From positions 64,001 through 128,000 of IMG/VR virus record IMGVR_UViG_3300032516_000004: a DNA stretch of 64,000 nucleotides; one strand, 5' to 3'. Positions 45,092-53,199 of the stretch are shown here, piece after piece. Position numbers and translations under genes: made by a program. How positions within the stretch are numbered: position 1 is the first letter of the stretch; the number at the start of each line of letters is the position of its first letter. The stretch comes from a virus. The notes beneath the pieces were generated by a model that saw only the letters and a list, made by a program, of their open reading frames with translations, ran no database searches and had not been told where the DNA came from.

Positions 45092-47170
45092 ATGAACATC
45101 GCTATTGTTGACAAGTTTCACGATAATCACAATGCGTTTTCTCGACAAATTAAACTTCCAGACCACAACATAGAATATCTTAACAGTCTTTTCGATTTAG
45201 GTAAATACGATTTAGTTCATTTTGATTGGTGTGACGACCTGGCGGTTGCAGGCGTTAGAGTGTTAGAATCTTATAAATCGAGACCCCGAATAACTATCAG
45301 ATTGCATGCTTATGAAGCCCATGAAGATTGGATTAAGCGACTTAATTGGAAAGTTGTTGACGCCTTAATTTTTGTAAGTGAACACTATCGTGAAATTTTT
45401 AATAAGCATGTAACGATGGATAAAACCAAGCAACATGTTATTCATCATGGAATTGATCTTAATCGATATAAACTGGCAGAACATCCAGGTACAGATATTC
45501 TTTATGTGGGGTCCCTTAATTTCAAGAAGGGGCCACAATTATTAGCCCAAGCAGCCATAGCTTTACCAAACCATCAATTTCGTGTTTATGGTGATATACA
45601 GTGTGATCGATCACAAATTTACTTCGATCATTTGGCGTTATCAAATCTTGGATTTTCCGCACACAGTGAACATATTGAACAAATAATGCAACAACCCAAC
45701 TATCGATATATACTTAGCACATCTTTGGGGGAATCTTTTCACTTAGCGGTGGCTGAGGGGATGGCCTGTGGTCTAAAACCATTGGTTCATGATTGGTATG
45801 GTGCAAATAAATTATGGCCTTATACTTGGAGAGCTATATCTTCCTTGGTGGATATTGTTGAATCTTATACAGATGATACCCCTAAAAGTTGTAGACAGTG
45901 GATTGAAGATCATTACAGCGCCACAACACAAGCTGTTAAACTTAATAATACTATTCTCGGAGACGTCATGACTAGAAAACACAAGTCTAAGTCCGGTGTT
46001 TTGGCTAAAATAGATTGTGGGTCTCTAGCCATTTGCATGATTACTAAAGATAATTTCAAAGGGGTAGAACGGGCTGTTCGTAGTTGTGCTAAATATTTGG
46101 ATGCTCTTTATGTAGCGGTGGATGATCGAGATACTGATGATACGGTTAATAAAGTTAAGGGTTTAACGAAAGAACTGAAATTACGTGGACAGGTTACATC
46201 GTTTAAGGCCCCGGATCCTTGGGATTTTAGTTATGCGCGTAATATTGCTCATTCGATGAATGACTGTATGTGGGCTTTAGTATTAGATGATGATGAATAT
46301 GTATTACATCCAGAAGAAATCCCTGAATTGTTAGAGAATTGTAAAGATAAAGATGTCGTGGATGTTACGTGTGGTATGGGGGTTGATAAATATGGGAATG
46401 TATCTCATGCCTGGAAATTTTCTCGATTTATGAAGAATAAAGTTCGATGGATTAATGCACGACATAATATACCCGACGCCACGACATATTCAAGTAGTAC
46501 CATTTGGACAGGTGATATTGTGGTGGTGGATGATAAATCTATACGACCAACTGATATACGCGCTGCCAGAAATGAGCAACGTGAGACTAACGTTGAGATA
46601 TTTAGAAAGAAAGTAGATCAGAATCCAAATGATACTAGATCACTTTTTTATCTAGCAACAGCACACAAAGAATCTGGAAAATATTGGGAAGCAATACTCT
46701 GGTATCAACAATATCTTAAAACTGGTGGGTGGGATGAAGAGCGTTGGCAGGCGTATTATGATATGGCAGAATGTCAGATTAACCTTCGTCGATACACAGA
46801 AGCTAGAGAAAGTTTGTATAACGCCATTAAGGAAAAATATGATAGGGCAGAGGCATTCATACTAATGGGTGACGTTTTTTATGAGTGTGAAAGTTTTTAT
46901 GATGCTATGATATGGTATGAACTCGGCTGTGCGTTACCATACCCGCACGACGCACGATTATTTATTCAACGCAGCATCTATGATTGGGAAAGGTACGATA
47001 AGTTGTCAATGGCTCATCACCACCTAGAAAATTGGTCTAGAGCAATCGAAAATGCTAAAAAGGCATTAGAAAAAGTACCGGGTGATGATCGTATAAATAA
47101 AAACGTTCAATTATGGACAGAACACTTAGTTAAGGAGTCTACCGATGCCACCGAAGAGAAAGATGTCTAA
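45092..47170 (+). CDS. Fused GT4 (GT-B) + GT2 (GT-A) glycosyltransferase with C-terminal TPR repeats
   Basis: GT4 E-x7-E (GESFHLAVAEGMACG); GT2 AICMITKD...DFSYARN...WALVLDDDE; TPRs (PNDTRSLFYLATAH..., ERWQAYYDMAEC...). Confidence 0.85.
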   Translation: MNIAIVDKFHDNHNAFSRQIKLPDHNIEYLNSLFDLGKYDLVHFDWCDDLAVAGVRVLESYKSRPRITIRLHAYEAHEDWIKRLNWKVVDALIFVSEHYREIFNKHVTMDKTKQHVIHHGIDLNRYKLAEHPGTDILYVGSLNFKKGPQLLAQAAIALPNHQFRVYGDIQCDRSQIYFDHLALSNLGFSAHSEHIEQIMQQPNYRYILSTSLGESFHLAVAEGMACGLKPLVHDWYGANKLWPYTWRAISSLVDIVESYTDDTPKSCRQWIEDHYSATTQAVKLNNTILGDVMTRKHKSKSGVLAKIDCGSLAICMITKDNFKGVERAVRSCAKYLDALYVAVDDRDTDDTVNKVKGLTKELKLRGQVTSFKAPDPWDFSYARNIAHSMNDCMWALVLDDDEYVLHPEEIPELLENCKDKDVVDVTCGMGVDKYGNVSHAWKFSRFMKNKVRWINARHNIPDATTYSSSTIWTGDIVVVDDKSIRPTDIRAARNEQRETNVEIFRKKVDQNPNDTRSLFYLATAHKESGKYWEAILWYQQYLKTGGWDEERWQAYYDMAECQINLRRYTEARESLYNAIKEKYDRAEAFILMGDVFYECESFYDAMIWYELGCALPYPHDARLFIQRSIYDWERYDKLSMAHHHLENWSRAIENAKKALEKVPGDDRINKNVQLWTEHLVKESTDATEEKDV

Positions 47171-47429
47171 ACACGACGACCCTAACAGTGAGTTAGTGTT
47201 TCGCAATTGGTCTAAAGAGCTTGATGAACTTATTGGTACACTTCCAAAAGGCGTAGAGTGTGTCGCTATTGGTTGTGGAAATAAATCGTCCAACCGTGGT
47301 GCATTTTTGTGTGTTGAATGTGGTAAGAAATACCTGGATTCATATAAGAATGTTGTTAGTGTCACAGAAATTGCTAGAGCACAGTTTGGTTGGATCATGC
47401 ACAATGTGCTTGCTCAAGATCCAGAGTAG
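47145..47429 (+). CDS. Small Cys-motif (Zn-finger-like) protein
   Basis: CVAIGC...LCVECG. Confidence 0.55.
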   Translation: MPPKRKMSKHDDPNSELVFRNWSKELDELIGTLPKGVECVAIGCGNKSSNRGAFLCVECGKKYLDSYKNVVSVTEIARAQFGWIMHNVLAQDPE

Positions 47430-47960
47430 ATGCCTACCAGTCATTGGCAGCAGTTAAATGAAATTGTTGGTTTAATTATATCGATTAAACCTAAATCCAT
47501 ATTAGACATAGGTGTTGGGTTTGGTAAGTATGGCATGCTGGCTCGAGAGTATCTTGAGCTATGGGATGGAAGAAATATTTATAATGAGTGGAAAGTTAAA
47601 ATAGATGGAATAGAGGTTTTCTCGCAGTATAAGAACCCAATATATGATTATATATATAACAACATTTATTTTGGTAATGCTTCTGAAATTGTGTCGTTAT
47701 TAGGAAATAAGTATGATTTAGCACTCATGATTGATGTGATAGAACATTTTGATAAAGATGTTGGATTACAATTAATAAAAGACTGTTTGAATATATCAAA
47801 CAATGTTATCGTATCGACCCCCTTATCTGTTACAGATCAAAAGTCTGCTTTTAATAATCAGCATGAGACACACAGGTCGTCGTTTGTAGCTGGTGATTTT
47901 CCAAACTGTAAAACAGTTGTCCCAAATTCAAAATCGCTAATTTGTGTTCTGAGCTGTTAA
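47430..47960 (+). CDS. Class I SAM-dependent methyltransferase
   Basis: ILDIGVGFGKYG motif I; DGIE; YDLALMIDVIEH. Confidence 0.85.
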   Translation: MPTSHWQQLNEIVGLIISIKPKSILDIGVGFGKYGMLAREYLELWDGRNIYNEWKVKIDGIEVFSQYKNPIYDYIYNNIYFGNASEIVSLLGNKYDLALMIDVIEHFDKDVGLQLIKDCLNISNNVIVSTPLSVTDQKSAFNNQHETHRSSFVAGDFPNCKTVVPNSKSLICVLSC

Positions 47961-48097
47961 AACCGAACACCATTTCGTAGCACAAATTTGTGTTCTTTCC
48001 ACGCATTTTAAATAATGTACACCTGTACATGGTTGTTGGTATTGGGTTAATTACTAAGACTAACTTTAATATTGAATATTCTTGGTAAGAGATAAAA

Positions 48098-48226
48098 ATG
48101 ACGTTTAAGAAAACAAGTAAGGGTATCACGATGGGCGTTATTGAACAGCCAAAACCAGTTCAAGAGTCCACCGTTGAAGTACAGCAGCCAAATAAAGATA
48201 AGCTTGAAGAGAAAAATAAAAAATGA
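48098..48226 (+). CDS. 42-aa ORF coupled to the prohead protease (below the ORF-track cut-off)
   Basis: MTFKKTSKGITMGVIEQPKPVQESTVEVQQPNKDKLEEKNKK; its TGA overlaps ATG48223 (ATGA). Confidence 0.4.
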   Translation: MTFKKTSKGITMGVIEQPKPVQESTVEVQQPNKDKLEEKNKK

Positions 48227-50877
48227 GTTCTAAAGGTTTTATTAAGACGGCCTCCGTCTCCACAATAGCGGTTGCTATTAGTGATGGTAAAATTTTTCAG
48301 AAGTCCGCTGCATACAAAGACGAACAGGGCAGCGCATATCTAAGCGGCTCACGTACAATTGATATTAAAGCGGCTCTGGATATTGTGGCCTCTGAATATA
48401 ATATCTCGCCAAATCCAGAAGATTACGTATTTGAAGCAATTCGTGGTAACACTGCTAACATTCCTAATGAAAATCATGACGCATTTCATAAGAATGAATT
48501 ATTGCGATTCGATCACCGATTGGGCAAGCAAGTTTATCGTACGTATGAGCTTAAGCCACACCATGTACAACATCGAGCAAGTGACCCTAAGGCCGCTCGT
48601 GGCTTTATTGTTGATGCCCACTATAACGACTCAGCAGGGCCACTAGATGAGTGTCCTAATTGTGGTCATAAGACCGCTAGCAAAGAGGGCCGTGATCAAA
48701 GCGGTATTCATTGTGCTAGCTGTGGGTCTGTGGTTAAAGACGAATATGTAGAACTTCTCATAGCCATTGATAAGACTAAAGACCCCACATTTGCCCAGGG
48801 TGTAATGAGTGGTGTTCTTAAGCATGGATCGATGGGATGCAGTTGTCTTCGTACTCGTTGCAATGTTTGTGGTAAAGTCGCGTATACTAGAAGTGAGTTT
48901 TGTGGACATATTGCTCGCGGTAAGGGCAAAGAATATGACGAATCAGAACCTGGTTTTAATCCGATAGCTTTTGTTGTAAAAGGGTCGAAGGATAAGCGAG
49001 CTAGTAAACCCAAAAAGATAGCTAAGTCATTTGAGTGGTGTGAGGGTGTAATTTACGACGAATTTAGTCGTGTTCATGATCCAGCAGATCCTAAAGCAGA
49101 GCAGTATGAGATTCTTAAACTCACGGCTAAGGTAGCTGAACTTGAACATACTGATAAATTACGAAACGAATCAGAAATTCTTACTCTTCAGGCTAGAGTA
49201 GCTGAACTTGAGCGAAAGTTGGGTGAGAAATTGAATAAGATAGCACAAGTAGTTCCTCCGGTAGATCCTATGATGGCTCCCCCGGTGGATCCCATGATGG
49301 CTCCTCCGGTGGATCCAGCAGCGGCTCCTTCCAGTGTTCTTCCCTCTTCAGCTGCTGGACAACCACCGGTTGTTATTAATATTAATGCTCCTGGTGTTGG
49401 TGTTGATTCTGAGCAACCTCTTGAAGAGGTTCCAGCGCCACCTAAGATCCCTATTGAAGAAATGACCCCCGAGAGTGAAGGAATGACCCCCGCTGGACCA
49501 GGTGAAGCTTTAACGCCTGCGGCCATGGGTATTGAAGAAGAGAAGGAAGCCCCAGCCGCTCCAAAACGTGGAGCAAGTGTTGATAGGGCATTGAGAGAAA
49601 TGATTAACAATTTAGGAGGCCCATCCATGCTCCGTTTTGCACAATCTTATAAGCATATTAAGGCAGAAATTACCAGTGCTGGTAATGTTAGAATTTTTGA
49701 TTCAGAGGGAACACTCTTTGTAGTTAAACCAGATCGACTTGATTCGAACATTAAGATAGCGGCCAAGAATCCAGAAGAGCTGGCCAAGTCAGTTTTGACC
49801 ATGGTTGCTGATTTTGGTATTGGCGGCGCTATTAAACGAACCAATGCTATTGTTGGTCCACGTTTGGCTCAGGTTCTTGAGTACGCAACTGACGACATTG
49901 AGGATGAGGATCGTATCAAGACTGATTCTATTAAGGATAAAGAAGATTCTGACATGACACAGGAGCGCGCTAAGCCAGAAGATAGCGCCACTGAGGCTGG
50001 TGAGTCGGCTGATCGTCAAGAGACTCAGGAAGTTAAGGGTCTTGGTGATAATGTTCTTGTGGATCGTGAAGTTGATGTAGAGGATGAGAAACATACTCGT
50101 GAGCCTGGTAAGGATCAATGGGGTGGCTTCAATATTCTTGAGATGCAGGATGCCGACACTAAAGAGAAGCGGGAAAAGAAAGATGTTGGCAAGGATACGG
50201 TCGTGAAGAACATTCAAACAGACCATAAAGAGAAGGTAGCTGAAAAGACAGAATCTAAGAAATATGATAATCAAGTTCACGCTGCCCGCTTAGAGGGTAT
50301 TTACAAGGCACGACTGGAACGGAAGATTGCTGATTTGACCAAAGAGAAGGAAGATTTCAAAAATAATCTTGTGGCTCGAGTTACCCGTGCTATGAAGCTG
50401 GTTGCTCATCGTCAAGCGCTGAATCTTGAATATTCGCCGCTTAAGTTGGCTATGGGTGTTGCGCTTTGTAATAAGCGTGCCCTGAATGATAAAGAGTTTT
50501 ATAATCCCATGGATCAGGGGACCGCAGTTCAGTTGATTGAGGCGGCGTTCAGTGAGCCTATTATTGAGGGTGTGGATAAGGCGGCTTGGGAACACCATAT
50601 CGATTCATTGATTGAACGCGCCGCGTCTGTAATGCAGATGAACGATGAAGCGCTTATGCAGGTGGAGACTGATCTTAGAAATATTAAGACAGCCACTATT
50701 CCGTTTGATGAAGCGGTTGTTAATACGGATGGTGATTTTGAGTTGAAGCAGGCTGCTAAGCAGGGTAATTTGCAGCTTGCACCGAAGCCAGTTGATGACG
50801 CGCCAGCTATTAACAACAAGCGTGAAGCGATTCGACGTGCAGTTGGTACAACTAAAGTGGCTAGTTTAGCGAGGTAA
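48223..50877 (+). CDS. Prohead maturation protease fused to a scaffold-like region
   Basis: KPHHVQH...ARGFIVDAHY, SMGC...CNVCG...FCGHI and EFSRV.DPAD..A are protease motifs of large phages; coiled-coil, Pro-rich and acidic C-terminal regions; lies upstream of the capsid genes. Confidence 0.75.
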   Translation: MSSKGFIKTASVSTIAVAISDGKIFQKSAAYKDEQGSAYLSGSRTIDIKAALDIVASEYNISPNPEDYVFEAIRGNTANIPNENHDAFHKNELLRFDHRLGKQVYRTYELKPHHVQHRASDPKAARGFIVDAHYNDSAGPLDECPNCGHKTASKEGRDQSGIHCASCGSVVKDEYVELLIAIDKTKDPTFAQGVMSGVLKHGSMGCSCLRTRCNVCGKVAYTRSEFCGHIARGKGKEYDESEPGFNPIAFVVKGSKDKRASKPKKIAKSFEWCEGVIYDEFSRVHDPADPKAEQYEILKLTAKVAELEHTDKLRNESEILTLQARVAELERKLGEKLNKIAQVVPPVDPMMAPPVDPMMAPPVDPAAAPSSVLPSSAAGQPPVVININAPGVGVDSEQPLEEVPAPPKIPIEEMTPESEGMTPAGPGEALTPAAMGIEEEKEAPAAPKRGASVDRALREMINNLGGPSMLRFAQSYKHIKAEITSAGNVRIFDSEGTLFVVKPDRLDSNIKIAAKNPEELAKSVLTMVADFGIGGAIKRTNAIVGPRLAQVLEYATDDIEDEDRIKTDSIKDKEDSDMTQERAKPEDSATEAGESADRQETQEVKGLGDNVLVDREVDVEDEKHTREPGKDQWGGFNILEMQDADTKEKREKKDVGKDTVVKNIQTDHKEKVAEKTESKKYDNQVHAARLEGIYKARLERKIADLTKEKEDFKNNLVARVTRAMKLVAHRQALNLEYSPLKLAMGVALCNKRALNDKEFYNPMDQGTAVQLIEAAFSEPIIEGVDKAAWEHHIDSLIERAASVMQMNDEALMQVETDLRNIKTATIPFDEAVVNTDGDFELKQAAKQGNLQLAPKPVDDAPAINNKREAIRRAVGTTKVASLAR
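49255..49320 (+). repeat. 24-nt in-frame tandem repeat (PPVDPMMA x2 plus a partial copy)
   Basis: cctccggtagatcctatgatggct / cccccggtggatcccatgatggct / cctccggtggatcca. Confidence 0.9.
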
Positions 50878-50882
50878 GATTG

Positions 50883-50923
50883 CCTTCCTAGGACAAATGC
50901 ATTGTGCATGAATCTAGAGAAGG
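50883..50923 (+). promoter_or_regulatory. Interrupted hairpin in the leader of the decoration gene
   Basis: CCTTC/GAAGG, CTAG/CTAG and ATGCA/TGCAT nested stems. Confidence 0.45.
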
Positions 50924-50956
50924 TGTTTTGGCAAACCAATTTAAAGGAGAAAAACA

Positions 50957-51754
50957 ATGGGTTCTACAGGTTTGGCCAGTCCTAGGTTAGGCGCATTTCA
51001 GAATGCCGTCTTCCCGCGAGGACTAGATTTGGGTCGGTGTGTGATTCTTCAGGATCTTGGTGTCTTCCGCGCAGCATCAGCCGCCAGTTTCGAAGCTGGT
51101 ATGTTGGTACGGCAAGACGCTACCGGTAACATTGAAAAATGTGCTGGTAAGTCAGTTCTCGGTGTGGCAAAGTGGAACAAATCTGTCGTTTTCACGGCAG
51201 CGTCGGTGGATGAGCCGATTTCGTTCCCAACCGCAACGGCAGCTGTGGCCTTGAAGCATCCAAATGTTAGCAACTTCCAATTGCGTAGTGCTGTGAGTCT
51301 TGGTGGTGTTAAGTACGTGCTCACAAACGATTACACCATTAATACGACCAATGGTATTGTTACCCGAGTGAATCCGGGTACAACACCAATTCCGCTCAGC
51401 ACAACGGTATATACAACATATACCTATGAGTTGGCTTCGGCGGATCTGGACTTCCAGGGTCGTAACTTCTGGAATTTCACGGACGATGTTACCATTCAGG
51501 ATAACAGAATTACGGTTATCACCGATGCATCAGCTCTGTTTACCTCAATGTATGACACATCTCGTGATGATTACGCGCTTACGGGTGCAGGGAAGAACCT
51601 GTACTGTGGTGGTGGCGTTACGGCAGCTCTGGCTGGTTTGTTCACGACAGACAGTGCTGAAGGTGAGTTCGTTGGACACGTTATCCAACCTCCGACAGCC
51701 GATGACCCGTTCCTCGGCGTTCGGTTGGGTGGCGATCCAGTGAAGTATGCATAA
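50957..51754 (+). CDS. Capsid decoration/cement protein with an inserted Ig-like domain
   Basis: AAGGAG RBS; directly upstream of the MCP; FEAGMLV...GVAKW, Y.LTNDYTINTTNG insert, VGHVIQPP...FLGV. Confidence 0.6.
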   Translation: MGSTGLASPRLGAFQNAVFPRGLDLGRCVILQDLGVFRAASAASFEAGMLVRQDATGNIEKCAGKSVLGVAKWNKSVVFTAASVDEPISFPTATAAVALKHPNVSNFQLRSAVSLGGVKYVLTNDYTINTTNGIVTRVNPGTTPIPLSTTVYTTYTYELASADLDFQGRNFWNFTDDVTIQDNRITVITDASALFTSMYDTSRDDYALTGAGKNLYCGGGVTAALAGLFTTDSAEGEFVGHVIQPPTADDPFLGVRLGGDPVKYA

Positions 51755-51768
51755 TTAACCCGGTGAAT

Positions 51769-51793
51769 GGGGTGGGACATTTTGTCCCACCCC
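51769..51793 (+). terminator. Perfect 11-bp hairpin between the decoration and capsid genes (terminator or mRNA stabiliser)
   Basis: GGGGTGGGACA-TTT-TGTCCCACCCC, followed by only a weak U tract. Confidence 0.55.
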
Positions 51794-51834
51794 TTCTCCC
51801 ACAAGGAAAGTTTATTAACTAGGAGGATTGGAAA

Positions 51835-53097
51835 ATGAGTGCAGTTATTAATCCGTACAAGCGTCTTGCTGCAGCCGGGGCGGCAAAGCCTACCAGCGAG
51901 CAACGTAAAATGGTTGCAAGTTCTGCCACGCCGAAGGCTGTTGAGCAACATAGGACAAAGGCGGCAGAAAACACTCATCTGGCTTCTCGTGAAGATGAGA
52001 AGGTATGGGATGAGAGTGGAACATTTAACCCCACCGCGTATGCCGGTGAGACGACCCGCGATGGTATTCGTCAAGCGGTTGGCAACACCAAGCTGTCAGA
52101 GCGTATGTTCGACAAGCGTGGTGAAGTTAACGCGTATGATGACAAGGACGCCCTGCAACAGATTGCCTACTTGCTCCAAAGTGTAACCAAGAAGGCATCT
52201 CCTGGCACCTTCTATCGTGAAGCGTCTACTGATATGCCAGCTGAGGAGCGCCGCAAGGTTCTCGCAGCCGCCATGCAGGATCCCTCGGGTGAGGGTTTCG
52301 CGATTGTTGGTCAGGAGTTGTTGCTCCCGATCAAGGACATCATCGATTACGAAGGTTGGGCTCGGAAGATCTATCGGGTTCGGCCACTCGCTCAGGGTGA
52401 GTTGTTCCGTATCGCGAAGGATGTTCGTGCAACGGCTTGGGTTGTGGGACAAGATGGTCAGTCGATTGAGAGCCGTTTGTTCGGTCGTTTCATTCAGCCG
52501 TCAGAGTTCAAAGTTACGGCATTCCCGACCGTCGACATCGAAGACATCTATCAGATGAACTATGATGTTTTGGATCGCGCTCAGGATACCGCTCGTCAAG
52601 AGATCGAGTTGGAAGAGGACAAGCGAGGCTTGGCTCTTCTAGATCGAGCTGCTTTGACCGTGAATTCGGTTACGATTTTCGCGACTCTTGGAATTTCGGC
52701 GTTTGAAGACGTTCGATACCAGGTTGAGCGGCATCGTCTGATGGTTGAGAAGTTCTTGATCAACCGTGCCGAGCTTTCTGATATCGTGAAGACCATGAGT
52801 ACTCAGGTGGATCCGGTGACCGAGCGCGAGTTGATCCTCGCCGGTTATATTGGTAACATCTTGAATGCTCAGATCATCACGGCCGCTGGTACTGGAGTTG
52901 AGGAAGTGGTACCGAGAGGGACATTCTACGCAGCCACCGGTAGTGAGTATCTTGGCGAGATGGGTGTAAGGGTGGAACTGTTTTCTGAGCCCTTCAACAT
53001 GTTTTCGCACCGTCGATTAACGAAGGGTTGGGCGTTTGGCGAGATCGTTGGGTTCGGTATTCCGAACCCACGTAGTGTCAGCAAGGGACACAAATAA
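51835..53097 (+). CDS. Major capsid protein (HK97 fold)
   Basis: AGGAGG RBS; GQELLLPI...DYEG.ARK...QGE...AKD; P..EFKV.AFP.V..EDI; D..Q..A.Q.I..EED; follows protease and decoration genes. Confidence 0.85.
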   Translation: MSAVINPYKRLAAAGAAKPTSEQRKMVASSATPKAVEQHRTKAAENTHLASREDEKVWDESGTFNPTAYAGETTRDGIRQAVGNTKLSERMFDKRGEVNAYDDKDALQQIAYLLQSVTKKASPGTFYREASTDMPAEERRKVLAAAMQDPSGEGFAIVGQELLLPIKDIIDYEGWARKIYRVRPLAQGELFRIAKDVRATAWVVGQDGQSIESRLFGRFIQPSEFKVTAFPTVDIEDIYQMNYDVLDRAQDTARQEIELEEDKRGLALLDRAALTVNSVTIFATLGISAFEDVRYQVERHRLMVEKFLINRAELSDIVKTMSTQVDPVTERELILAGYIGNILNAQIITAAGTGVEEVVPRGTFYAATGSEYLGEMGVRVELFSEPFNMFSHRRLTKGWAFGEIVGFGIPNPRSVSKGHK

Positions 53098-53125
53098 CGC
53101 AACGCGTTATGATTAAGTGATGATT

Positions 53126-53148
53126 TGTGGGGCGCTCGTCGCCCCACA
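53126..53148 (+). terminator. Rho-independent terminator candidate after the MCP
   Basis: TGTGGGGCG-CTCGT-CGCCCCACA stem followed by an AT-rich tract. Confidence 0.6.
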
Positions 53149-53199
53149 TTCATATTAAATCTTACATAATTGGTATATTTTATGCAACTATAGAATAAT

